In this document: positions 1 through 10,726 of the stretch, piece after piece
Layout: every line of letters starts with the position of its first letter
How positions within the stretch are numbered: position 1 is the first letter of the stretch
Source: a bacterium
Lineage (GTDB): Bacteria; SAR324; NAC60-12
Length of the DNA stretch: 16,697 nucleotides
Reading direction: 5' to 3'
NCBI GenBank assembly: GCA_965233585.1
Contig: CBDDTI010000463.1
Coordinates: forward strand, 1-16,697
Notes under the pieces: generated by a model
Databases searched by the model: none
What the model was told of the DNA's origin: nothing
What the model saw: the letters and a program-made list of their open reading frames with translations, nothing else
Position numbers and translations under genes: made by a program

Positions 1-6
1 GATAGA

Positions 7-324
7 TCGGAAACCAATCTGAAACCAGGCGGAAACCAGTCGAGTCGGAAACCAGTCTGAAACCAGTCGGAAACCAGTTTGAAACCAATCGGAAACCAAT
101 CTGAAACCTGTCGGAAACCAGTCGGAAACCATTCTGAACCAGTCCAAACCACAGTCTGAAAAGTCTGAAACCAGTCGGAAACCACTCGCAAACCAGTCGG
201 AAACCAGTCGGAAACCAGTCGGAAACCACTCGCAAACCACTCGCAAACCAGTCGGAAACCAGCCGGAAACCAATCTGAAACCAGTCGGAAACCAGTCGGA
301 AACCAATCTGAAACCTGCAGAAAC
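7..324 (+). repeat. 11-bp minisatellite GAAACCAGTCG (variants GAAACCAGTCT/TTT, GAAACCAATCT), about 28 copies
   Basis: Direct tandem repeats visible in the sequence. Confidence 0.95.
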
Positions 325-540
325 ATACCATCAGCTACATGGCTGGGACCCTGGATATTACACTGTAGACCCTAAAAACGGGGTCTGAAGAAGAGTTACA
401 TAGCTATATCACGTAAAAACAATTTCAATGGTGTAGACCCTTGGACCTTACAGATGCTGAAGGTCTGAAGACGTTTACCCATGCGTCAAAAATACAAAAA
501 AAAACTGTTCCAAACAACATGTTTTCTCTCGCTCATTTTT

Positions 541-1217
541 GAAATCTTATGGAATAACAATTTGGAAAAAAATATTATCAAATCTTATGAATAACAATTT
601 GGAAAAATCTTATGAAATCTTATGAATAACAATTTGGAAAAAAACTTATGAAATCTTATGAATAATAATTTGGAAAAAAAATCTTATGAAATCTTATGAA
701 TAATAATTTGGAAAAAAATCTTATGAAATCTTATGAATAACAATTTGGAAAAAAAAACTTATGAAATCTTATGAATAACAATTTGGAAAAAAAATCTTAT
801 GAAATCTTATGAACAACAATTTGGAAAAAAAAATCTTATGAAATCTTATGAATAACAATTTGGAAAAAATCTTATGAAATCTTATGAATAATAATTTGGA
901 AAAAAATCTTATGAAATCTTATGAACAACAATTTGGAAAAAAAAATCTTATGAAATCTTATGAATAACAATTTGGAAAAAATCGTATGAAATCTTATGAA
1001 AAACAATTTGGAAAAAAAAATCTTATGAAATCTTATGAAAAACAATTTGGAAAAAAATCGTATGAAATCTTATGAATAACAATTTGGAAAAAATCTGATG
1101 AAATCTTATGAAAAACAATTTGGAAAAATCGTATGAAATCTTATGAGTACAATTTGGAACAAAATCATCTTATCAAATCTTATGAATAACAATTTGGAAA
1201 AAATCTTATGAATAACA
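541..1217 (+). repeat. ~37-bp AT-rich minisatellite GAAATCTTATGAATAACAATTTGG(A)nTCTTAT, about 18 copies
   Basis: 18 AATTTGG cores at 34-40 bp spacing; unit length varies mainly in the A run. Confidence 0.95.
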
Positions 1218-1220
1218 CTT

Positions 1221-1514
1221 TGTCCAGACCTTTGTACGACCTGGGGAATCTAGCGTGGCAAAGGTCTAGAAACACAATGGCCAGCAAAACCAATCTGTGT
1301 TGATCAAGGCCAGAAACGCTGTCCAGACCTTTGGACAAACTGTGGAATCTAGCTTGGCAAAGGTCTAGGGCTACAATGGTCAGCAAAACCAACCTGTCTT
1401 GATCAGTGCCAGCTGTAAGAACTGGGGAATCTAGCTTGGCAAAGGTCTAGGGCTACAATGGTCAGCAAAACCAACCCGCCCTGATGATTGCCAGAAAAGC
1501 TGTCCAGACCTTTG
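1221..1514 (+). repeat. 99-bp tandem repeat, about 3 copies (third has a deletion, fourth is a stub)
   Basis: TGTCCAGACCTTTG at 1221, 1320 and 1501. GGAATCTAGC.TGGCAAAGGTCTAG and CAGCAAAACCAA each occur three times. Confidence 0.9.
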
Positions 1515-1711
1515 AAAAAGCAAGATCTGCCTTACATCTTCAAAGTTGAAAATTATGGGACATCCATATATCATGTCCAACATAGACACGCTCAAGGGTC
1601 TATAGTACCTTAAATGCAGAGGGTCTACAGCGCTCTAGGAAGTACTCTAGACCCTGGGCCCCTGAGACCTGGGGGTCTGGGTACCCTGGACCTTATGTAG
1701 TTGTGAGGGGA

Positions 1712-2333
1712 TGCAGAAACCAGATTGAAACAGTCTGAAACCAGTCGGAAACCAGCCGGAAACCAATCGGAAACCAGTTGGAAAACAGTCGGAAACAAGT
1801 CGGAAACCAGTCGGAAACCAGTTTGAAACAATTTGAAACCACTCGAAAACCACTCGGAAACCAGTCTGAAACCAGTCGGAAACCAATCGGAAACCAGTTT
1901 GAAACCAGTTTGAAACCATTCTGAACCAGTTTGAAACCAATTTGAAACCAGTCTGAAACCAGTCGGAAACCAATCGGAAACTAGTTTGAAACCAGTTTGA
2001 AACCATTCTGAACCAGTTTGAAACCAATTTGAAACCAGTCTGAACCAGTCTGAAACCAGTCGGAAACCACTCGCAAACCAGTCGGAAAGCATTCTTAAAC
2101 CGCTCTGAAACGATCTGAAACCAGTCTGAAACCAGCCGGAAACCACGCGGAAACCAGTCCGAAACCGGTCCGAAACCAGTCGGAAACCATTCTGAACCAG
2201 TTTGAAACCAGTCGGAAACCAATCAGAAACCAGTCGGAAACCAGTCGGAAACCAGTTGGAAACCAGTTCGAAACCAGTCGGAAACCAGTCGGAAACCAAT
2301 CGAAAACCAGTCGGAAACCAGTCGGAAACCAGT
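1712..2333 (+). repeat. 11-bp minisatellite GAAACCAGTCG, about 56 copies
   Basis: Same unit as 7-324. Confidence 0.95.
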
Positions 2334-2463
2334 ACTACTCTCCCAGTACTACTGTGTACTACAAAGCTCGCGCAAACAAACTCGCACAAAGTCGCTCCAT
2401 TACTACCGTATACTACAAAACTGCTACAAACACGTTGCAGTACTACCGTATACTACAAAACTT
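2329..2463 (+). repeat. Short block (~3 units) of the 40/41-bp CCAGTACTAC satellite
   Basis: CCAGTACTAC..GT.TACTACAAA units lying between two 11-bp arrays. Confidence 0.9.
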
Positions 2464-2690
2464 CTGAAACCAGCCTGAAACCACTCGGAAACCAGTCGGA
2501 AACCACTCTGAAACCAATTTGAAACCAGTCCGAAACCACTCTGAACCAGTCTGAAACCAGTCCGAAACCAGTCTGAACCAGTCAGAAACCAGATTGAACC
2601 AGTCTGAAACCAGTCGGAAACCAGTCGGAAACCAGTCAGAAACCAGTTGGAAACCAGTCGGAAACCAGTCGGAAACCACTCGGAAACCAG
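2464..2690 (+). repeat. 11-bp minisatellite GAAACCAGTCG, about 20 copies
   Basis: Same unit as above. Confidence 0.95.
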
Positions 2691-3430
2691 CACTACTCCG
2701 CACAAACTACTTCCCACTACTCTTGTGTACTACAAAGCTCGCACAAACTACTACCCAGTACTACTTTGTACACAAACACGTTCCCAGTACTACCGTATAC
2801 TACAAAACCCGCACAAAGTCGCTTCAGTACTACCATATATACTACAAAGCTCGCACAAAGTCGCTCCCAGGACTACCGTATACTGCAAAACTCGCACAAA
2901 CACGTTCCAGTACTACCGTATACTACAAAATCCGCACAAACACGTTGCAGTACTACCGATATACTACAAAACTTGCACAAACACGTTCCAGTACTACGGT
3001 ATACTACAAAACTCGCACAAAGTCGCTCCAGTACTACCGTATACTACAAAACTGCTACAAACACGTTGCAGTACTACCGTATACTACAAAACTTGCACAA
3101 ACGTTCCAGTACTACCGTATACTACAAAACTTGTACAAACACGTTCCAGTACTACCGTATACTACAAAACTTGCACAAACACGTTCCAGTACGACCGTAT
3201 ACTACAAAACTCGCACAAACACGTTCCCAGCACACCGTATACTACAAAACCCGCACAAAGCCGCTTCAGTTCTACCGTATACTACAAAACACGCACAAAC
3301 ACGTTCCAGTACTACCGTATACTACAAAGCTCGCACAAAGTCGCTCCCAGTACTACCGTATGCTACTGAACTCGCACAAACACATTCCAGTACTACCGTA
3401 TACTACAAAACTTGCACAAACACGTTGCAG
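2691..3430 (+). repeat. 40/41-bp satellite CCAGTACTACCGTATACTACAAAACTYGCACAAACACGTT, about 18 copies
   Basis: Direct tandem repeats with two monomer types (..AAACACGTT.. and ..AAAGTCGCTC..). Confidence 0.95.
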
Positions 3431-4025
3431 ACATCTCAGAGATCTCCGACTAGATTGAGCGCGAGCTGAACGTTCACTCCTGAGTGGGTTGGTAATTAAC
3501 TCTTGTCACTGGTTTTTTGATTACAAAATCCGTTAACAGTTGACCGTATCAGAGCGTGACTACCTTGTCCATGGGTCAAAAAAAGCCCTGCGTTAGCAGG
3601 GCGTGTGTGTGAACCATCTGAAAAAATGTAAAACTTCGATTTCCGTTTTTACTTGCTCATTTTAAGCAGGGGGTATGCGGCCATCACGCAAACGCATGCC
3701 AACGAAGCTATGCATGATGGTGGAAGCCGGGGCTGATCACCCTGGTGTACCTGCTTTATCATTTCAATTTTCAGCAATGGGACGTGGCTAACCCGAGAAC
3801 CACCTTGCCGAATTTTCTTTCAAACTGTGTCAAACCAAACCCAAACTCTCAGTTTTCCATTCGATGTCACTTCACTGCCTGCACGGTTTTCGCAATCTGT
3901 TAGGAGAGAACCATTTCGAATTTTCTCGGATCTTGTCATCATACCTTTCCTGTCAGGTTTAATTGAAGTGCTTTTGCACGAAAGATGCATTCCACATCAG
4001 AATTCGCAATGTCTGTTCTGAGCAA

Positions 4026-4147
4026 GTGTGTGTGTGTGTGTCAGTCCTGTGTGTGTGTGCGTGTGTGTCTGCGTGTATATATGTGTAAACATGTTTCTCT
4101 GCCTGTGTCTGTGTTTGAGCGCCTATCAGCATATCTGTGTGTGTTTG
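4026..4147 (+). repeat. Degenerate (GT)n microsatellite
   Basis: GTGTGTGT runs with interruptions. Confidence 0.85.
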
Positions 4148-4389
4148 TATTTTTTCACATCTTCTCTACAGCATACCTTGTCTGTCTCTTGCAACTAAAA
4201 CCCTGACATCTTCACATCTTCTCATCTTGACATCTTCACAATTTCTCACGAACATATTCATGTAAGTCTTTGGCGTCTGCAAATCATACAACTTCATAAC
4301 ACATCTGAGTACGTGTACACCTACTCGCTCTCGGGCCAACTGTCGTCTAGTTTTCTCCCATTATGAGGAAAATCCGACAAACTCGGCGC

Positions 4390-4477
4390 CTCGTTGTATT
4401 TGATCATCACCTTGTCCAAACGATTTTCCAAAACCCTGATCTGCCGCATTTCTGGAGACGTTTCGTTGGAGTGCATC
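4390..4477 (-). CDS. CCDC151: Exon G (88 nt): MHSNETSPEMRQIRVLENRLDKVMIKYNE
   Basis: Acceptor ttcAG|G, donor GAG|GCgccg, phase 2/0. Carries the IRxLENRLDKxxIKYNE motif. Lies inside track ORF 4321..4563(-). Confidence 0.85.
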
Positions 4478-5260
4478 CTGAAGGACGGAGGACGGATGTG
4501 TAACACTTTAAGGAAATTTAACGTCAAAAATTGGTAAACACCATCAAAAAAAGGATTTAACATGATTTAACTATGGAAAGGGATTCAACATGGAAGTACA
4601 TGGATTCAACTATGGTGTCATCTGACAATCTGCGAGGAATGAGCTGGAAGATCACCCTCTTTTTAGGTCATCAATCGGTCATATTCGCTAAGTGAAATTA
4701 CGGGATGGTCCTAGAAAAATCAGCAGCGCAGATCGAATCCACAGAAATAGAGGTTCTTCGTTTTTGAGCCGTTTTCTGTTCAGAATTTGAGGTGTTTTTT
4801 TGCGTCATTGATCATCAATGATCATCAATGATCGTCATGGCAGATGAAGTTGAGATGGACATATTTGACTGGTTGTTTCTGCACTAGTTTCAACCCCACT
4901 ACCAAAAATTGGATCCAACAAAGTAGAATTAATTCATCCGCAGATCATCACAGATCTGTTGGGTGCTGAAGTTGCCTGCGAACACGAAGATCACAGTGTG
5001 TTGCCATGTTCAAACCATTGCAGCCTAAGAAATGAACCAAAGGACCAAACTCTAAAGACATGAAAATTTGAAGTTTGAGGACTTTGGAATTAAGTAAAAT
5101 CGAAACCAGTGATAGTCGTGATAGTCACTCTGCCATCATCGTAGGTGAAAATCCTTGGTGTCAAAATGTTACCCTCATCGCTTTTGATCCTCCGGTTTGA
5201 CCCCAAAACCCCGTCATTCTCCAGTCAACGCCTCTTTAAATTCTCAAATCGGAAAGGGGC

Positions 5261-5305
5261 TAAAACATGTTTTTTAACATGTTTTTAAACATGTTTTTTA
5301 ACATG
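5261..5305 (+). repeat. 12-bp tandem repeat AACATGTTTTTW, about 3.5 copies
   Basis: Seen directly; each unit has the palindrome AACATGTT. Confidence 0.8.
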
Positions 5306-5398
5306 TGAATATGTACCACGGCAATGGTATACAATGGTATATACAGGTGGCCTGACCCTCCGAAGCAAACTCCAAAACTCCAAATTCCGACAGGCGGC

Positions 5399-5455
5399 TT
5401 GGAACCCATCGACAACTCGTCTTTTTTGATGTCCAACTGATCCAGAAAGCCACGC
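5399..5455 (-). CDS. CCDC151: Exon F (57 nt): RGFLDQLDIKKDELSMGS(K)
   Basis: Acceptor caAG|G, donor TCCAA|GCcgcc, phase 2/2. Lies inside track ORF 5260..5523(-). Confidence 0.72.
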
Positions 5456-5672
5456 CTTGAACGAAATTCCATACAGAATCCGAGCCAGGAACTGTCGGAA
5501 CTGTATCTCCAATTCAAAATCATGAAAAACTGGTGGGAATCGATTCAAATCGATACCTCATTTTTTGCACTATTCAACACATTTCAATAATTTCAATGTT
5601 TAAATCTGTTGAACCCAGGGCATGACAGGGCCGGGCCCCAAGGGTCGGGGTCCCCAGGGTCGCCAGGGTCGC

Positions 5673-5708
5673 CTCTTGTTGTTCTCGTTTTTGATCATGT
5701 CAAATCTC
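5673..5708 (-). CDS. CCDC151: Exon E (36 nt): RFDMIKNENNK(R)
   Basis: Acceptor ggAG|G, donor AAGAG|GCgacc, phase 2/2. Confidence 0.72.
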
Positions 5709-6118
5709 CTCCCAAAGGCTCATGCCACAGTTGCAGTTGCAAACATTTTAGATATTAAATATAAAAATATGGCATATAAAATGTTTAACAGCATATATGA
5801 CCTTTATGCTTAAATATTTCAAAATATCATGATATCCTATAGCTTGTGTATTGTGTAATAACCTTGTACAGTATCATGCTTTCCTAATTTTATATCGTAA
5901 AAGTATTTTCCCATCCATTTTCATATGTTTCCGAATGTTTCCTCCCATCTTTTGCCAATCATTAAACAAGATGGAAGCCACGAACCCGAATGTATTCACG
6001 TTCTTGGGCTACGAGTCCAAACCTCTGCAATAGGAAAACGAACTTTTTTTTCACGCATCGTGCGTTCATATCGTCTCAGCGAAGGCACTTGAGCAACAGT
6101 TCACAAAGAGACAACTAA

Positions 6119-6510
6119 CCAGCACAGCAACATCACCACCAGCAAAAAAAATCACCACCAGCACAACAACATCGCCAGCGCAATGAAATCACAACGAAAT
6201 CACCAGCGCAACAAAATCCCCAGAACGAACGAAATCACCAGCGCAACGAAATCACCAGCACAACGAACGCACCAGCGAACAGCACCAGCGCAACAAAATC
6301 ACCAGCACAACGAAATCACCAGCACAACGAAATCACCAGCACAACAACATCACCAGCGCAACGAAAGCACCAGCACAACGAAATCACCAGCGAACAGCAC
6401 CAGGGCAACAAAATCACCAGAACAAACGAAATCACTAGCACAACGAAATCACCAGCACAACAACATCAACAGCACAACAACATCACCAGAACAACGAGAT
6501 CACCACCACC
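6119..6510 (+). repeat. 17-bp minisatellite AACGAAATCACCAGCRC, block 1
   Basis: Direct tandem repeats. Confidence 0.93.
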
Positions 6511-6515
6511 TGCAA

Positions 6516-6808
6516 CACTCCACACTTTACCCACTGCACACTCCACACTCCACACTCTACACTTTACACTCCACTCCCCACACTCCACACTTTACACTCC
6601 ACACGCCACACTTTACACTCCACACTCCTTACTTTACACTCCGCACTCCACACTCCACACTCGACACTTTCCACTTCACACTCCACACTCTACACTTTAC
6701 ACTCCACACTCCACACTTTACACTCTACACTTTACACTCTACACTCCACACTCCACACTCTACACTTTACACACTCTACACTCCCCACTCCACACTGCTT
6801 ACTTTACA
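6516..6808 (+). repeat. 7-bp repeat CACACTC/TACACTT, block 1
   Basis: Direct tandem repeats, followed by ~1.5 units of the 41-mer (6806-6868). Confidence 0.93.
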
Positions 6809-6868
6809 CAAAATTTGCACAAACTACTTCCCAGTACTACTGTGTACTTCAAAGCTTTCACAAAGTCG

Positions 6869-6981
6869 ACCAGCGCAACAGAATCACCCGCACAAACAAA
6901 ATCACTAGCACAACGAAATCACCAGCACAACGAAATCACCAGAACAACAACATCACCAGCACAACAACATCACCACCACAA
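6869..6981 (+). repeat. 17-bp minisatellite, block 2
   Basis: Same unit as 6119-6510. Confidence 0.9.
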
Positions 6982-6985
6982 CTTA

Positions 6986-7581
6986 ACACTCCACGCTTTC
7001 CACATTACACTCCAAACTCCACACTCTACACCCTACACTGTACACTCCACACTTTACCCACTGCACACTCCACACTCCACACTTTACATTCCACACTCCT
7101 CACTCCTCACTGAACACTCCACACACTACACTCCACACTCCACACTCCACACTCCACAACACTCCACACTCCACACCCAACCACACTCTACACTCTACAC
7201 ACACCACACTCCTCACTCCACACTTTACACTCCACACTTTCCACTCCACACGCCACACTCCACACTCTACACTTTACACTCCACACTCCACACTCCACAC
7301 TTTACACTTTACACTCTACACTCCACACTCGATACTTTCCACTTCACACTCCACACTCGATACTTTCCACTCCACACTCCACACTCTACACTTTGCACTC
7401 CACACTCCACACTCCACACTTTATACTTCACACTCCTCACTCCACACTCAACACTCAGCACTTTGCACTCCACACTTTACACTCTACACTTTACACTCCA
7501 CACTCTACACTTTACACTCTACTCTTTACACACTCCACACTCCCCACTCCACACTTTACACTCCACGCTCCTTACTTTACA
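6986..7581 (+). repeat. 7-bp repeat CACACTC/TACACTT, block 2
   Basis: Direct tandem repeats. Confidence 0.93.
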
Positions 7582-8257
7582 CAAAGTTTGCACAAAGCAC
7601 TTCCCAGTACTACTTTGTACTACAAAGCTTGCACAAAGCACTTCCAAGTACTACTGTGTACTACAAAGCTTGCACAAAGCACTCCCCAGTACTACTGTGT
7701 ACTAGAAAGCTTACAGTACTACTGTGTACTACAAAGCTTGTAGAAACTACTTCCCAGTACTACTGTGTACTACAAAGTTTGCACAAACACAATCCAGTAC
7801 TACTGTATACTACAAAGCTTGCACAAACACGTTCCAGTAACACTGTGTACTACAAAGCTTGCACAAAGTCGTTCCCAGTACTACTGTGTACTACAAAGCT
7901 TGCACAAACACGTTCCAGTACTACTGTGTACTACAAAGCTTGCACAAAATCGTTCCCAGTACTACTGTGTACTACAAAGCTTGCACAAAGTCGTTCCCAG
8001 TACTACTGTGTACTACAAAGCTTGCACAAAGTCGTTCCCAGTACTACTGTGTACTACAAAGCTTGCACAAAGTCGTTCCCAGTACTACTGTATACTACAA
8101 AGCTCGCACAAACACGTTCCAGTACTACTGTGTACTACAAAGCTTTCACAAAGTCGTTCCCAGTACTACTGTGTACTACAAAGCTTGCACAAACACGTTC
8201 CAGTACTACTGTGTACTACAAAGCTTGCACAAACACTTTCCCAGTACTACTGTGTAG
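7580..8257 (+). repeat. 40/41-bp satellite CCAGTACTACTGTGTACTACAAAGCTTGCACAAAGTCGTTC, about 16 copies
   Basis: Direct tandem repeats; the last unit is cut after CCAGTACTACTGTGTAG. Confidence 0.95.
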
Positions 8258-10726
8258 CTTGCTTATATTTAGCTGTATTTTTGTATTTTTAAGTTTTTGG
8301 GGGGCCTGAGATATTTTTTGTATTCTTTGTTTGGCCGAGCTATTTGAGAATCTCGTTTGCTTCAACAATAACTGATTTGGGATACCCTTTGCAACCCTAA
8401 CTTGTGACATCTAAGGCATGTACGGAACATGTTGTTTGTTTTCCTGGTCCTTTCCTTTGCAAAATTCATACATATTCGTACATTTTTTTCACTTTCCATT
8501 GGCTCTTTCAATTTTTCTCGTCGAGGCAGCTGAAGAGGTATTTGAAACTATTGCTGGCTTATTTTTATTTCTCGTTTGCAATTTGGGTCAGTAGCTGTCA
8601 AACACGACAGCAGCATTGCTGCTTTTGCAATGGCAGATTGCTTCGATCCAAGTGGCTTGTCTTGGGCTGGAAATGGGGCTCACAGTTCCGTATTTCATGT
8701 CATCACCCAGAGCTGGGAACTTGGCTGCGCACGCCGTGGGGTGTTGACTGCACGGTTTTAGCCAAAGCGGATTGACAAGCGTCTGAGCAAACAATGCCCA
8801 TTCACATTCAAAAAAACATTCCAAAAGCATCAAAGGACAAAGGCGGGCTCTGGAGCAGTCAGACATTGGCTTCAGGAGGGCGGTGGCTGTTCGGCTGCTT
8901 AGGCTCAGCATGTCCACGCAGGGAGGAGGGCTGTTTCGGCCTCGGCTCCTGCTTGCGAAGCGTTTTCAAATGTTGACCTCAAGTGACGCTACTTCGGCCT
9001 TAGCGGTAGCTGTTTCAGCCAAGCCCTTGCAGCATCAGGCAAGCTGCTTCCGGCTGTCAAAGCTGCTTTGGCGTGTTTTGACGCTGTTCCGACTTCTCAG
9101 TTTGAAGCTGCGTTACATACTTCTGCGTTACATACTTAGTCAGTTTTTGTACATAGCAGGTCGTGATGGACTTTTCGCAAAAATAGGAATTGGCTGAGGT
9201 GGGCTGAAGCGTCAGGGTAAAGACTTTGGGTTTCTGGTCGCTACATGGAATCTACCAATGGGTTGAATCTAAGAGACGATTACCCACAAATATTGGGAGA
9301 TTCAATGAAAGCTTTGATTTGGAGAGAGGCTTGGCTACTTAATATGTGTTTTTTGTCCTCTCCTTAGGAGCATCAAAAAAATCAACGGACCTCGAATCAA
9401 CGGGTGGGAATGTCCTCTCCTTAGGAGCTTCGGGGTTGTCCTTGAACCTCCTAAGGGGAGGACGACAAGGGGACGAAACTGAAATACTTTTAAATATGAG
9501 TTTTTCAAAGGCCTTTGTCCCATGGTTGTCCTCTCCTTAGGAGCCTCGGGGACGTCCTTGAACCTGCTAAGGACAGGACGAATTGTCCTCTCCTTAGGAG
9601 CATGCCTGAGATCCGCTTCGCTTCAGGAGCCTCGGCTCAAGCACTTCACGGAAGCTTGTGGCTGAAAACTGGCCACGCCATCTCTACGCCAAAGAGGCGG
9701 CAGCTGTCTCGGCTACTGTAGCTGCAGCTGCTTCGGCAACTTAGCTGCTTCGGCTTCTGGTGGCTGCTTTGGCCACAAGTATGCCACCGCGGCATCGACC
9801 AAAGTCAGATCAGCTGGAAAGGGCCGGATCTTAGCCACATAGACTGCGGCGGGGTGCTGTCTTCAAAGCCGGATGTAAGATGCAAAAAAAATACAAGTGG
9901 AAAAGTGGATAAACATGCGTTGCGGCAGCTGCAGACACCCTGTAGACTCAGTTCAGCAAACAGCAATTGATTTATAACAGGTGCAACGAAGATTAAAAAA
10001 AGCTCACACATTTCAATTTCAATGTGTTTCCTTCTGCAGCTGTTTCAGCCCAAGCGCTAACTCAGAATCAGCCAGCTGTGCACTCTGTAGTGCTAAGGAC
10101 CCTTTAAATCAAGCAAGCTGAAAGAGATCTGCGCTTAGTCCAAATACGGATAGTTGGAACTTTGGGGCTCGAAAAGCTGTTTCAGAAGCACCGCAAGTTG
10201 AAATGCAGCAAGTGGGGATCCCGTGGGCCGCCCATGTTGCATATTAAGAAAGAGGGGCCAAAGATGACTTTGCCAAAGCTGAAGTCGGCTTGGTATTCCA
10301 ATTGTGGCTGTTTCAGCCAAGGTCTGTGTCGGTTGTTGGATGGTGGCTGGTTCGGCCATCAACAGGTCTGTTTCAGTTTCTAACCCAATTGCTTCAATCA
10401 AAACGCAAAAAGATATTTGCAAAACTCGTCTGCTAGCGGGGGAAAAAGCGTGGCCACGGCTCTTAAGATATTTTTCTCAAAGTTGGTGTTGAGCATTGTG
10501 TCGCGTATCTTTGCCGCGACTAAGTTGCAGTCTTAAGTTTGTGTTGGTCTTTTACATTCTACTTCAAGGTTGTTTATTGTGAAGCCCCTCTTGTTATGTT
10601 GCGGCAAAGTTTAAGGAAGAAAGACGTGAAAGATATTTGTTATTCTCGTTTGCACCTCTTCCTTTTTGTTGGATTTCTCGTTGACGGCCCAAAAAAAACA
10701 CAAAAATACAGCTAAATATACGCAAG
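8258..10726. mobile_element. Non-autonomous TIR DNA transposon-like insertion, 2469 bp
   Basis: TIRs 8258-8284 and 10700-10726 (CTTGCKTATATTTAGCTGTATTTTTGT, 26/27 identical). GTAG flanks both ends directly (8254-8257, 10727-10730). Removing the element and one GTAG restores an in-register satellite monomer. No transposase ORF recognised. Confidence 0.88.
9354..9601. repeat. Cluster of the 18-bp motif TGTCCTCTCCTTAGGAGC: four direct and two inverted degenerate copies
   Basis: Direct copies at 9354, 9411, 9527 and 9584; inverted copies at 9448-9463 and 9564-9579. Confidence 0.88.

Noticed and set aside
1180..1392. 33-aa repeat protein (ankyrin-like period) from the 99-bp repeat
   Set aside because: There is no ankyrin consensus in the translation, and the later units are truncated and degenerate.
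1625..3469. Long ORFs (up to 291 aa) over the 11-mer and 40-mer arrays
   Set aside because: They are open in several frames and on both strands because the monomers lack stops; the peptides are periodic translations of the repeat.
6023..6042. Alternative minus-strand exon FVFLLQ(R) paired with an 8-nt exon at 11343-11350
   Set aside because: It is phase-compatible, but its acceptor follows an A run and lacks the AG|G pattern, and NEVQQMQR from the 25-nt exon fits the coiled coil better.
6516..7581. Telomeric repeat
   Set aside because: The CACACTC/TACACTT heptamers do not match CCCTAAA-type telomere units and are internal and heterogeneous.
6183..8309. His/Thr/Leu-rich ORFs of 116-296 aa
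   Set aside because: Translations of the 17-, 7- and 41-bp repeats in overlapping frames, lying antisense inside an intron.
9354..9601. CRISPR-like array (18-bp palindromic repeat, 39-nt gaps)
   Set aside because: The repeat is too short, one gap is 98 nt, the gaps resemble each other and contain inverted repeat copies, there are no cas genes, and the context is a eukaryotic intron.
8404..10492. Transposase within the TIR element
   Set aside because: Only 60-123 aa ORFs, with no DDE, helix-turn-helix or zinc-finger motif I can recognise. A spliced or decayed gene cannot be excluded without BLASTX.
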